Assembly: GCA_024231215.1 (NCBI GenBank) | Contig: JAAEQR010000072.1 | Location: forward strand, 513,210 to 577,209 | Direction: 5' to 3' | Length of the DNA stretch: 64,000 bases | Source: PVC group bacterium | GTDB lineage: Bacteria; Omnitrophota; Gorgyraeia; B26-G9 | Shown: positions 37,045-47,120 of the stretch, piece by piece | Layout of the letters: every line of letters starts with the position of its first letter | Numbering within the stretch: position 1 is the stretch's first letter | The notes under the pieces: model-generated | Databases searched by the model: none | What the model saw: the letters and a program-made list of their open reading frames with translations, nothing else | What the model was told of the DNA's origin: nothing | Made by a program: the position numbers and the translations under genes

Positions 37045-40000
37045 ATGGGAACCAATATATCCTCACAAAAGCTATCTTTCCCGGAAGTTTGTATTGTAGA
37101 AGCTTCCGCCGGTTCCGGCAAGACATATGCCTTGGCTAAGCGTTATTTACAGCTACTTATTAATCCTCGCTTAAAAGAAGAAGAAATCCCATTGCGTAAT
37201 ATTCTTGCGATTACCTTTACCCTTAAAGCTACAAGGGAAATGCGGGAACGTATCTTAGAACAGCTTAAAAAGATCGCCCTTAATGCTTTTGATAATGATG
37301 ATGAAAAAAAAGACCTGCTTTCTGCCGTAGGAATTAATGAAGAAAAAGCTCGCGAAAAAGCATTCCGTGTTCTTGATTATATAATCTGTCATTATAATTT
37401 TTTTCAGGTCAAAAATATTGATAAATTTATCAATCTTATCCTTTCCGGGTGCGCTTCGGAATTAAACCTGTCCGCAAACTTCCGCATCAAGGAAAACTAT
37501 GTCGATTATGTCGCTTATGCTTTGGATGAATGTATTGATCAGGTTTCGCATGATCGGAAAACTGCGGAGGTGTTTGAGCATTTTTTGAATCAGTATTTGT
37601 TTTTAGAAAACCGCACTAGCTGGCTTCCTAAAAAAGATGTACTGAATATTATCAATGGATTATTTTCCCAGAGCAATATCTATGGGGGAAGTTTTGAGAA
37701 ATTCCCGATTGCGAGTAAGGAATTGATAATTTTAAAACAAGAAGTCTTGTCCATATTAAAGGATATCAGTGCGCGGGCTCCGGAAGGAGTGAACAAAATT
37801 TTTCTAAAGACCCTGAATAATTTTTTGAGAAATAACGCGCGTAGTTTTAATGTTTCTGCGTTGGATAAAAAGTCTTTTCAAAAAGACTGCCTGCCAATGA
37901 ACAAAAACCATGATGCTCCGGCTGATCTGGCTTTGCTTTGGGAAGATTTTCGCCGGCACATAATTGAAATAAGTGAAAAAGAAGCCTTATCTTTATTTAA
38001 CTGTTATATTGATATCTTCAACAGTGTCTATGCTTACTTTCGTGAATATGCGCGTAAAGATAATCTTGTTTTTATGGAAGAGTTAAATAAGCAGGCAAGG
38101 GTGCTTTTTGACGGAACAAATATAAGTGTGCCGGAATTATATTACCGTTTAGCTAGCCGTTTTCGGCATTTTCTTATTGATGAATTCCAGGATACCAGTC
38201 GGCTGCAGTGGGGTAATCTATTTCTGATGATCGAAGATGCTCTTTCCACCGGCGGATCATTGTTTTATGTGGGCGATAAAAAACAGGCAATTTACCGGTT
38301 CCGCGGCGGAGATGTGAATTTGTTTGATTATATTAAAACTGAATTTTCTAAGTTTAATGTAAATGATAAGCTTTCTTTGACAACAAATTATCGATCTCAA
38401 AAAGAAGTAATTCTTTTCAATAATGAGATTTTTTCTTCGCAGAATCTAAAACGTTTTTTAGGAACTCAGCAGGACCAGGGGAAAGATACATTAAGACAAT
38501 TTACCGAAAGTGAAATAGAAGAGGTCTTAAGTGTATTCAAAGACTCTCAGCAGCAGGACAAACCCCTTAAACCTCATGGTTATGTAAATATTGATTATAT
38601 CGAATATGAGGATAAAGAAACAAGCGAAGAGCTGGTCCGGGCGCGTTTAGTTGATACGATGATCTGTTTGCAAAAACGCTTTCCTCTTAAGTCTATAGCG
38701 ATTCTTTGCCGCAGTAACCGGGAGATTGAGAGGGTTACCGGCTGGTTATCCGAAAAAAAGATAAACGTAGAATCAGAGCGGACGTTAAATATTATGAATA
38801 ATTCGCTGGTCCGAGAATTGATCGCTTTTTTGAAGTTTTTAAATTCGCCTATTGATAATATTTCTTTCAGTGCGTTTATCTTAGGGGATGTTTTTTTGAG
38901 TGCTGTTGGTTTAAAACGAGAAGAGGTCGCGGATTTCATATTTATATTCAATGCTCAGGAAGATAAGGGCTCGGGATATTTATACCGGGTTTTTAGAAAA
39001 CAATATGCAGATATCTGGGATAGATATATCGCGAAATTTTTTAAAAGCGTAGGGTTTGTGTCTTTATATGAACTGCTGATAAGTCTTTTGGATAAGTTTT
39101 GTGTGTTGAAAAATTATAGTGATTATCAGGGGTTTTTTATGCGGTTTTTAGAGCTTGTGAAAGAACAGGAGGAGGAAAACCCAGATATATCATTGTTTCT
39201 TGATTATTTGGAGACTGCTCCGGATAAACATTTATATGTTAATTTCTCCGATGAGAATGCGGTAAAAGTAATGACCATACACAAAGCTAAGGGGTTAGGT
39301 TTTCCAGTGGTCCTAGTGCCGTTTTTGGATATGAATATTCGAGACCTGGGTGCCCAGATAAAAAAAGTGAAAGCTCCGTATGTGGTTTATGAAAAAGAGA
39401 AGGAAGGTACATATGGCTTATTGCGTCTAGACACGAAATACGCTAAATTTTCCCCGAGGATCAGGGAGAGGTATCGTAAAGAATATGTGAAGTCGTTTAT
39501 TGACGAATTAAATGTTATTTATGTTACCTTTACCCGGGCACAGAATGAATTGTATCTATTTATTCCGTATAATCCTTCTAAAAACACAAATGCCGCGGCG
39601 TTACTTATTCCAGAAGGCATTACTTCCCGGGGTCGGCAGGTTGAATACAGCGCTAGGGAAGTGGCAGATATGCCTAAGGCTATGCCGATCGGGCTGCCGC
39701 AATACACTGATTGGATAGTGAAGTTAAAAGATGAGTTTGTGCAAAAAACGGAATTGCGTAACCGCGAAAGTATTATGCGCGGAGAAATACTGCATGATCT
39801 GCTTTCCCGGGTCGGCGATCTGAATGTGCAAAAAGAAGAGCAGGTTTTGAAGAATTTAAACAAGGTATTGGAACAGGAATATCCTGGGGTTGAAAATGTG
39901 CAGGATTATCTAAAGATCATTGAGAAGCTGATATCAGCTAAAGAAACAAAAAGAATTTTTTATCCGGAAAACATTCGGGTTTATCCGGAAAAAGAGTTTG

Positions 40001-40218
40001 TTGATAAATATGGCATTACCAAACGCATTGACCGTTTGCTTGTCGGAGAAAGAACGGTGGAGATTATTGATTTCAAGAGCTCAGAAGAAAACAAAGAAGA
40101 TCAGTATAATCAGATCAAAGACTATATCCGGATAGTAAAGGATATTTATCAGGAAAAAAAGGTGAGCGGATCTTTGGTTTATATGGATAAGATAAAAGTA
40201 GAAAAAATAGATGAGTAA
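37045..40218 (+). CDS. addA: AddA/RexA-like UvrD-family helicase with a C-terminal PD-(D/E)xK nuclease domain
   Basis: Walker A motif ASAGSGKT, UvrD helicase motifs, and a C-terminal nuclease signature (...IIDFKSSEE). Confidence 0.75.
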   Translation: MGTNISSQKLSFPEVCIVEASAGSGKTYALAKRYLQLLINPRLKEEEIPLRNILAITFTLKATREMRERILEQLKKIALNAFDNDDEKKDLLSAVGINEEKAREKAFRVLDYIICHYNFFQVKNIDKFINLILSGCASELNLSANFRIKENYVDYVAYALDECIDQVSHDRKTAEVFEHFLNQYLFLENRTSWLPKKDVLNIINGLFSQSNIYGGSFEKFPIASKELIILKQEVLSILKDISARAPEGVNKIFLKTLNNFLRNNARSFNVSALDKKSFQKDCLPMNKNHDAPADLALLWEDFRRHIIEISEKEALSLFNCYIDIFNSVYAYFREYARKDNLVFMEELNKQARVLFDGTNISVPELYYRLASRFRHFLIDEFQDTSRLQWGNLFLMIEDALSTGGSLFYVGDKKQAIYRFRGGDVNLFDYIKTEFSKFNVNDKLSLTTNYRSQKEVILFNNEIFSSQNLKRFLGTQQDQGKDTLRQFTESEIEEVLSVFKDSQQQDKPLKPHGYVNIDYIEYEDKETSEELVRARLVDTMICLQKRFPLKSIAILCRSNREIERVTGWLSEKKINVESERTLNIMNNSLVRELIAFLKFLNSPIDNISFSAFILGDVFLSAVGLKREEVADFIFIFNAQEDKGSGYLYRVFRKQYADIWDRYIAKFFKSVGFVSLYELLISLLDKFCVLKNYSDYQGFFMRFLELVKEQEEENPDISLFLDYLETAPDKHLYVNFSDENAVKVMTIHKAKGLGFPVVLVPFLDMNIRDLGAQIKKVKAPYVVYEKEKEGTYGLLRLDTKYAKFSPRIRERYRKEYVKSFIDELNVIYVTFTRAQNELYLFIPYNPSKNTNAAALLIPEGITSRGRQVEYSAREVADMPKAMPIGLPQYTDWIVKLKDEFVQKTELRNRESIMRGEILHDLLSRVGDLNVQKEEQVLKNLNKVLEQEYPGVENVQDYLKIIEKLISAKETKRIFYPENIRVYPEKEFVDKYGITKRIDRLLVGERTVEIIDFKSSEENKEDQYNQIKDYIRIVKDIYQEKKVSGSLVYMDKIKVEKIDE

Positions 40219-43036
40219 AATAATAACTTATAATTTTAATGAGCATTTTATTGATAAGCTGGCGGAGTTTATCAAACAGAACTATACGGATAAAAGCACT
40301 GATCTTAATCGGATTGCAGTTGTCTTCGGGGGGAAACGCCCGGCTTTGTTTTTGAAACGGGCCTTAGGCAGAAAGATAAACCAGAGTTTTGTTCCTCCTC
40401 GGTTCTTTTCGATCGATGAGTTTATGCAGCATATCGTCAAGAAAGACAGACATGTTGTGAGCATTCCGGATTTAGAAGCTGCTTTTTCTATATTTACTCT
40501 GGCAAAAAGTAAAGTGCCTCAGATCATGAAATCTCGGGAAAAATTTTCCGAGTTTTTGCCCTGGGCCAGGGAAATAATATCTTTTATTGATCAGCTGGAT
40601 CTTGAAGACATAACTTATGAGCGCTTGACAAATATTGAAAAAAACGCAGAGATCGGTTATGAAGTCCCGGAAGAGATAAACCAATTATTAGAACATATTG
40701 TGCTTTTGCGCCGTTTATTCCATGAAAAGATGCGTAAAGATAAGAAGTATTCTCGCGGCCTGTTATACTTAAGCGCGGCAGGGTGCTGTGCGGATATTGA
40801 TTTAAAGGAATTTGATCAGGTTCTATTTTGTAATTTCTTTGATTTGCATAAAACAGAAAAGCAGGTTATTAAACATTTTTATGATCAGGACCGCGCGATA
40901 TTGTTTTTTCAGAAGGATGCCCGGACCTGGTCTCAGTTTGATGAATTATCTGGATATTTCGGCCAGGAGATAACCCTTAGGGAACAGAAATCTAAAAATC
41001 CGGACATCAATCTCTATGCGGGTTTTGATAATCATTCCCAGATTGGCATAGTTCGGGAAGTGCTTAAACAGACTAAAGACAAGGATAAAACCGTCATCGT
41101 CTTACCACAGGCAGAGAATATTATTCCGCTTTTATCGGAAATCTCGTCTTGTGTCCAGGAGTATAATGTGTCTATGGGGTATCCGGTGCGGTGTAGTACA
41201 TTGTATAGCCTATTCGATTCTATACACCGGGCGCAGAAAACAAAAAAAACAGATGAATATTATACCCGAGATTATCTTGGGGTGATCATGCATCCTTTAC
41301 TGAAAAACCTAAATCTTCGGGAAGACGGAGTAATTACCCGTATCCTTGTGCATAAGATCGAGGAAATGTTGTCCAATAAAGAGGAATCAGATATCAGCGG
41401 AAGTTTATTTATTAAGCTTGATGATGTAGAAGCTCTTAAAATACTTCATGAGAAAGTTTGCGAGCAGCTGCAGCCCCTGGGATTTTCTATAACTGATAAA
41501 GATTTGAAAGATATACTAAAGCAATTACATTCCTATGCTTTTGGTATTTGGGAAGATTGTAACACATTAGGTGATTTTGCGCAGTCCTTAGAGGAATTTT
41601 TATCCGGGTTAGTAGAAAAGAGTATGGTCAGTGAATATCCCCTGAATATTAAAGTGATTAAGAAACTTTATGCTTTAAGCGGGGAATTCCGTAACCGAGC
41701 CATAAGTCGGGAGAAATTCTCTCCAGGTGAAATATTTCGCGTATTCGATGATTTTTTCAAGAGTGAAAAGATAGCTTTTTCCGGGATGCCGTTAAAAGGA
41801 CTACAAATATTAGGGTTGTTTGAAACCAGGTCTTTGACGTTCGATAATGTAATTATTATGGATGTTAATGAATCAGTATTACCGCGCTTAAGTGCTAATG
41901 AGCCTTTGGTTCCGCGGGCGGTAATGGTGAGTTTAGGCCTGGACCGGTTGGAGGAGGAAGAAGGGATACAGAGGTATCAGTTCATGCGCTTGATCGGGGC
42001 GGCCAAGAATGTGCATCTTGTCTATAATGACAATCCTGATAAACAGAAGAGCCGATTTATTGAAGAAATAATATGGCAGCAGGAAAAAGAAACTAAGTCG
42101 ATGAATACTGTTTGTGTGCCTCGCGCGGTATTTAACGCTGCAGTGCTTACGAAAAAAGGAAGTATTCCTAAAGATAAAAACATTCCAAAGCTTTTGAAAA
42201 ATTTTGTGTTTTCCGCTTCTAGTATCAATACTTATTTAAACTGCCCGATGCAGTTTTATTACAAGTATGTTTTAGGGTTGAGCGAAAAAGAAGATATGCT
42301 TGATGAATTAGAAAGTCGGGAAGTAGGCACGTTTGTCCATGAGTTATTGGAAGATTGTTTTAAACAGTTTGCTAAAAAAACACCCCAGATAGATCTTGCG
42401 TTTAGAAGGAAATTCTTTAATGAATTCGATAAACGGTTTTCTAAGTCATTCCAGCGCCGCATGAAATCAGACGCGTTTATGATTGAGCATATTTTACGAT
42501 ATCGTTTAGAACGTTTTTTGGATAATGAGGCAGAACGCTTGGTAGATAGCGTTGAGGGATTAGAACAGGATATTATAAAAGAAATTAACCTGGGCAAAAG
42601 AAAAGTATCGTTTAAATGCCGGATCGATCGGATCGATCGCTTGGGAAATGATAATATTGTGGTGATTGATTATAAAACAGGCAGTAGTGATATTACGCCG
42701 CGGGGGATAAAGAGTTTACAAAAAGCAGCTGAGATTCCGGAGCGTGGTGTGATTAAGCGGGTTGTCCAGTCTTTTCAGCTGCCCTTATATTTATATTGTG
42801 TGCAGGAACAGTATAAGTCTCAATCTGTAAGCGCGGCGTTATATAACTTGCGTACTTTATCTTTTGACTATTTTCCCAAGCCCAAGGAATATGAACAAAA
42901 AGAAGAGAGTTTGAAGTTGTGTATGGATCTTTTAGGTTTTATTATTGAAGAAATATATGATATGAACATTCCTTTCGAAGCAGATGAATCAGATGATACC
43001 TGTCGGTATTGTCCGTTTTTTGGTTTGTGCCGATGA
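40211..43036 (+). CDS. addB: AddB/RexB-like inactivated-helicase/nuclease subunit with an iron-sulfur staple nuclease domain
   Basis: C-terminal RecB-family nuclease motifs (VVIDYKTGS) flanked by a Cys cluster (YLNCP...CRYCPFFGLC). Confidence 0.7.
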   Translation: MSKIITYNFNEHFIDKLAEFIKQNYTDKSTDLNRIAVVFGGKRPALFLKRALGRKINQSFVPPRFFSIDEFMQHIVKKDRHVVSIPDLEAAFSIFTLAKSKVPQIMKSREKFSEFLPWAREIISFIDQLDLEDITYERLTNIEKNAEIGYEVPEEINQLLEHIVLLRRLFHEKMRKDKKYSRGLLYLSAAGCCADIDLKEFDQVLFCNFFDLHKTEKQVIKHFYDQDRAILFFQKDARTWSQFDELSGYFGQEITLREQKSKNPDINLYAGFDNHSQIGIVREVLKQTKDKDKTVIVLPQAENIIPLLSEISSCVQEYNVSMGYPVRCSTLYSLFDSIHRAQKTKKTDEYYTRDYLGVIMHPLLKNLNLREDGVITRILVHKIEEMLSNKEESDISGSLFIKLDDVEALKILHEKVCEQLQPLGFSITDKDLKDILKQLHSYAFGIWEDCNTLGDFAQSLEEFLSGLVEKSMVSEYPLNIKVIKKLYALSGEFRNRAISREKFSPGEIFRVFDDFFKSEKIAFSGMPLKGLQILGLFETRSLTFDNVIIMDVNESVLPRLSANEPLVPRAVMVSLGLDRLEEEEGIQRYQFMRLIGAAKNVHLVYNDNPDKQKSRFIEEIIWQQEKETKSMNTVCVPRAVFNAAVLTKKGSIPKDKNIPKLLKNFVFSASSINTYLNCPMQFYYKYVLGLSEKEDMLDELESREVGTFVHELLEDCFKQFAKKTPQIDLAFRRKFFNEFDKRFSKSFQRRMKSDAFMIEHILRYRLERFLDNEAERLVDSVEGLEQDIIKEINLGKRKVSFKCRIDRIDRLGNDNIVVIDYKTGSSDITPRGIKSLQKAAEIPERGVIKRVVQSFQLPLYLYCVQEQYKSQSVSAALYNLRTLSFDYFPKPKEYEQKEESLKLCMDLLGFIIEEIYDMNIPFEADESDDTCRYCPFFGLCR

Positions 43037-43061
43037 GGCTAAAGTCAAACAAGGTTAGAAT

Positions 43062-44159
43062 ATGAGATATTTTATTTGGACTATAATGTTTCTTTTAGCA
43101 GTATCTAGCGTAAGGGCGGATGAGGTGTTGATCTTTGATGATAATCAATATGGAATTTTCACCCCCAGTGGCATGATGGGCGATGACGGTGATTTGCAAA
43201 TGAAAACCCTTAAAATTAATGGGAAAAGGCTGCTTAATGTGACTTATGTTCCGCAAGGAATTTATGGATTAGGTTGGGCAGGTATTGTTTTTCAATATCC
43301 GGCAAACAATTGGGGCCAATTTAAAGGGACTAGTTTATTGCAGGAAATGAATAAGCTTACTTTTTGGGCCAAAGGTAAAAAAGGGGGCGAAAAAATAACA
43401 TTTATTATTGGGGGTATGGATCAGGATTATTCTGATTCAGGGAACATTGAAAGAGAAATAAGGTTAAATGAAAAATGGAAAAAGTATTCAATTGTACCTA
43501 AGGGGAATCTAAAGCATATGATTGCTTCCTTTGGGGTTGCCGTTAATGCTTTGGATAATCCGGAGGGCTGTTCTTTTTATTTAGATCAAATATATTATGA
43601 AGATTCCAAGGGGAGAAAAACAGAAGAAATTCCCCGGGATTTTGGATCTTTCGCAGTGAAAAAAGAACCAGGAGATGTGAAATATATTTATCGCGATAAT
43701 ATATGTCTAAGGTTTTCCCCCTGTGGAGTTATGCCTAAAACTGCGCTTGTAAATATTGATACGAAATTTAGTGATAATCCGTATGCGGGTAAGACATGCA
43801 TGAAAATAACCGCGTTAGAAGATAAGAGTGAATGGGCCGGATTATATTTTTTGTATCCATTAAATAACTGGGGTGATTTCAAAGGGAGAAAAGATTTAAA
43901 AGGGATGCGAAAACTTGTGTTTTGGGCTCGCGGATCGGGAAAGGTTGCGTTTGGGATAGGGGGAGTCAATAAGGGTAAATATAAAGACTCGGGAAACGGG
44001 GAGATAGAAGTTGAGTTATCCGATGATTGGGTGAAATATGAAATTAGGGTGCGAAAAGGAAATCTTAGCCATATGATCGGGGGATATTATTTCTCTGCTA
44101 AAAAAGAAGGAAATCCTCAGGGCATAGAGTTATTTCTTGATGAAATTAGATATGAATGA
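43062..44159 (+). CDS. Secreted protein built from two tandem domains of about 170 aa (beta-sandwich/CBM-like); function unknown
   Basis: Signal peptide. The two repeats share WAG..F.YP.NNWG.FKG...L..M.KL.FWA.G......IGG...DSGN.E.E..L...W.KY.I....GNL.HMI...NP.G...FLD.I.YE. Confidence 0.5.
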   Translation: MRYFIWTIMFLLAVSSVRADEVLIFDDNQYGIFTPSGMMGDDGDLQMKTLKINGKRLLNVTYVPQGIYGLGWAGIVFQYPANNWGQFKGTSLLQEMNKLTFWAKGKKGGEKITFIIGGMDQDYSDSGNIEREIRLNEKWKKYSIVPKGNLKHMIASFGVAVNALDNPEGCSFYLDQIYYEDSKGRKTEEIPRDFGSFAVKKEPGDVKYIYRDNICLRFSPCGVMPKTALVNIDTKFSDNPYAGKTCMKITALEDKSEWAGLYFLYPLNNWGDFKGRKDLKGMRKLVFWARGSGKVAFGIGGVNKGKYKDSGNGEIEVELSDDWVKYEIRVRKGNLSHMIGGYYFSAKKEGNPQGIELFLDEIRYE

Positions 44160-44273
44160 TAAGGGATTGACTAAATATGCCTAATGGTATATTCTAATAA
44201 TGATTTGTGTTTTCCCGGAAAGCTACAGCGGGGTGGTTTTTTAATGAGTAGAAGTTCTAAATATATCCAAAAG

Positions 44274-44308
44274 GCAGTGCATTATAATTAATGAACTGCC
44301 TTTTTTGC
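44274..44308. terminator. Hairpin GGCAGT-N16-ACTGCC with T-runs on both sides; a possible bidirectional terminator
   Basis: Read from the sequence. Confidence 0.45.
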
Positions 44309-44353
44309 TTTATAAGGTAACGATAAAAGTTTAACAATAGTAAGGAGAATAAT

Positions 44354-44578
44354 ATGGCGATAAGAACAGAGTGTTTACTTAGAAACAAAGAGTTGGTTAA
44401 TGCGATTGAAGTTCTCAATAAAATTTTACAGGAAGATTTTATGCAAAACGGGTTCGATGCTTGTCCTGAATGTCAGCTGGGTATTGAAAAAACAGTGGCA
44501 CAGGAGCTTCATGATAAAATTGTAAGGTTATACAACTTAAATCACAATATCGTAGAAACTGTAGGGAGTTTAATGTAA
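44354..44578 (+). CDS. Hypothetical small protein (74 aa)
   Basis: RBS TAAGGAGA. Contains a CPEC pair. I recognise no family. Confidence 0.35.
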   Translation: MAIRTECLLRNKELVNAIEVLNKILQEDFMQNGFDACPECQLGIEKTVAQELHDKIVRLYNLNHNIVETVGSLM

Positions 44579-44666
44579 TTAAATATTTTAAGGCAGGAGA
44601 GAAACGACATAAGCAGATGCTGTTGGATGTTAAACAGAGATTAAATTTATAAAAGGAGGAAGAGTT

Positions 44667-44801
44667 ATGGATAAACAGGAAAGACGTACTAAAGGTCGAA
44701 GATCAGACAAAGTTCGCCGGAAAGGTAGTCCATTAGGGTTTAAAGGGCTTGAAAAGCGGACAGGAGACGAAAGACGATCGGACCAAGACAGAAGAGGATA
44801 A
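44667..44801 (+). CDS. Candidate small Arg/Lys-rich protein (44 aa): MDKQERRTKGRRSDKVRRKGSPLGFKGLEKRTGDERRSDQDRRG
   Basis: It lies behind a near-perfect RBS AAAAGGAGGAAGAGTT-ATG. It is too short to appear in the ORF track. Confidence 0.3.
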   Translation: MDKQERRTKGRRSDKVRRKGSPLGFKGLEKRTGDERRSDQDRRG

Positions 44802-44964
44802 TACATAATTGAGGTTTTAGATCAAGTTTGTATACAGTGCTTGAAATGTAGTTTATAATAAGTGATTATTAGTATATCATTATATCTCTGAAGTAGAGTT
44901 TTAAAATATAATTAAAAAAATAGTAGATATGATTATCGAAAATTAATTAATATGGGGGAGAGAT

Positions 44965-45372
44965 ATGAAAAAACTAGTGATTCTGCTTCTTTTGGTTGGG
45001 GGTGGGTTGTACCTGTGGCAGACAGGAGTATTTGAACCTAAAGCCGTGAAAGTTTATCGTGCATACAGAGAAAAAACCGTTGCCAGGCAAGAAGGAATAA
45101 AAACGGGGAAACCGTCTGCATCTACGCGATGGTCATTGAAAATCAATAGTTGCAAAATTGAAGATTCTATTGCGGATATTAGTGCAACTGAACGTGTGGC
45201 CAGAATTCCGCTTAATGCGGCATCATTTGTATTTGCAACGATTATTACTACGGAATTTAAAGCAAAGCTAAGATTGAAAGATGATAAGTGGATTGTTTTT
45301 AAAGAACAGTCTTTATCCAGAGATATAAGTACTTACGAACAGAGAAAAAGGAGCAATCAGAGATTGCAATGA
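44965..45372 (+). CDS. Hypothetical membrane-anchored protein
   Basis: N-terminal transmembrane or signal-anchor segment. Its stop overlaps the start of the downstream histidine kinase (ATGA). Confidence 0.4.
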   Translation: MKKLVILLLLVGGGLYLWQTGVFEPKAVKVYRAYREKTVARQEGIKTGKPSASTRWSLKINSCKIEDSIADISATERVARIPLNAASFVFATIITTEFKAKLRLKDDKWIVFKEQSLSRDISTYEQRKRSNQRLQ

Positions 45373-46484
45373 ACATTTTAAAACGAATCAGTATTTTTAT
45401 AGAGAATGCATGGCTGTCTAAAAAAAAGCGTATTGTTCAACAAGAAAAAGATATTATAAATTCAGTCTTGCATAAAACAGCAGAAGGCTTAGTGGTTGTT
45501 GATAAAGAGGGGAAGGTTCTTGCTCTTAATTCAGCTGCAGAACGGTTGCTTGATGTTTCTATGAAAGATAAGGTTGGGCAACATATATTGGATGGATTAC
45601 GGGAAGATTGTGTTTATAGTTACGCGGAAAAGAAACAAAAGTATGTGGAAATTGAAACAGCTGGGGGAAGTTCAAAAACAAGGCAAATATTGCGTGCAAG
45701 CACGGCGATTGTTGAAAATGAGCAGGGGCAAACCTTAGGTGTTCTTTCAGGGTTAAATGATGTGACTAAGCAACGCGAGCTGGATCAGATGAAAAACAAG
45801 TTTGTTTCGCAGGTATCACATGATTTAAAAGCGCCGTTAATTTCTATAGAAAAAAGTATTGAGATGGTTTTGGAGGAAAAAGAAAAGTTAGATCCTCAGC
45901 ATCTACAGTTTTTAGAAATGGCTTGTCGTAATGCAAGGCGTTTGAGAGGGCTTGTAAGTGATATCCTGGATGTTGAAAAATTAGAAAACAGCAAGGCTAA
46001 ATTAAATTTTACAAAAATAGATATAAAAGATGTTATTGATGATGTTTTGAAGGTATTGGATGTATGGGCCAAAAATAAGAATGTTTCTATCGTGAGAGAA
46101 GATATAAGTTCTATAGATCTCGAAGCAGATTCAAATCGTCTTAGACAAGTCTTTACCAATATAGTTGGTAATGGTATTAAATTTAGTGCTGAAGGCGGGA
46201 GGGTAAATATATCTGTTTTGGCTGAGCAGGATTGGGTGGAAATAATGATTAAGGATACCGGATGTGGGATTCCAGCGGAGCAATTGGGGCAGATTTTTGA
46301 TAAGTTTGAACAGATTCAGACTGTAGTTACAATGGGAGATCATCGTGGTATTGGGCTTGGGCTTGCGATTGCAAAAGAGATTGTAGAACTTCACGGCGGT
46401 AATATTAAAGTAAAAAGTGAGTTGGGTAAGGGAAGCAGTTTTACGGTTAGACTTCCTCTTAATCACCTTGACGCAGGAAGCTGA
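45369..46484 (+). CDS. Cytoplasmic PAS-domain sensor histidine kinase
   Basis: A PAS domain, an H-box (VSHDLKAPL), and N/G1/G2 ATPase motifs (NGIKFS, DTGCGI, GIGLGL). No response regulator is adjacent. Confidence 0.85.
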   Translation: MNILKRISIFIENAWLSKKKRIVQQEKDIINSVLHKTAEGLVVVDKEGKVLALNSAAERLLDVSMKDKVGQHILDGLREDCVYSYAEKKQKYVEIETAGGSSKTRQILRASTAIVENEQGQTLGVLSGLNDVTKQRELDQMKNKFVSQVSHDLKAPLISIEKSIEMVLEEKEKLDPQHLQFLEMACRNARRLRGLVSDILDVEKLENSKAKLNFTKIDIKDVIDDVLKVLDVWAKNKNVSIVREDISSIDLEADSNRLRQVFTNIVGNGIKFSAEGGRVNISVLAEQDWVEIMIKDTGCGIPAEQLGQIFDKFEQIQTVVTMGDHRGIGLGLAIAKEIVELHGGNIKVKSELGKGSSFTVRLPLNHLDAGS

Positions 46485-46507
46485 AACAGGTACAATAATA
46501 CCCTATC

Positions 46508-47119
46508 ATGTATATACAAAAACCACTTAAAAAATATATAGACGATTTGGCTTCAGGTAAAGTTGCTCCCGGAGGGGGAAGTGCCTCGGCGCTTGCGGCT
46601 TCACTTGGCATTGCCCTTAGCAGTATGGTGGCTAACTTTACAGTAGGTAATGTAAAGTATAAAAAAAACCAGACACGGATAAAGACATTGCTTAAAAGAA
46701 ATGAACTTATTCGCAAGAAGATAAGCATGCTTGTTGATCTAGATATTGTAGTCTATTTAAAATTGAATGAGGTATTGAAGCTTCCTAAAGACAGTAAGAA
46801 ACGGCAGTTACTGATCCAGCAAAAATTAAAGCAGTCAGCAGCGGTTCCTTTGGATATATGTGTGCTTTGCGGGAAAGCTATGCAGTTGTGCGGGGAGATT
46901 TCTCTTATTGGAAATATTAATCTTATAAGTGATCTTGGATGTGCAGCACATCTTTTAGAAAGCGCATATCACAGCGCAAAGTTAAATGTGTACGCTAATT
47001 TTAAATTTATAAAAGATAAGAAGTTTATCGCGAGTAGAAAGAAAAAACTCAAAAGTATTTCAACATCTATTGCACGTATGAAAAAACAGGTGATTGGGAA
47101 AGTGGAAAAGAGTTTATAA
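46508..47119 (+). CDS. Cyclodeaminase/cyclohydrolase-family protein (formiminotransferase-cyclodeaminase C-domain / FchA-like)
   Basis: The N-terminus LASGKVAPGGGSASALAASLGIALSSMV is typical of the FTCD-C fold. It lies next to folD. Confidence 0.65.
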   Translation: MYIQKPLKKYIDDLASGKVAPGGGSASALAASLGIALSSMVANFTVGNVKYKKNQTRIKTLLKRNELIRKKISMLVDLDIVVYLKLNEVLKLPKDSKKRQLLIQQKLKQSAAVPLDICVLCGKAMQLCGEISLIGNINLISDLGCAAHLLESAYHSAKLNVYANFKFIKDKKFIASRKKKLKSISTSIARMKKQVIGKVEKSL

Positions 47120-47120
47120 T

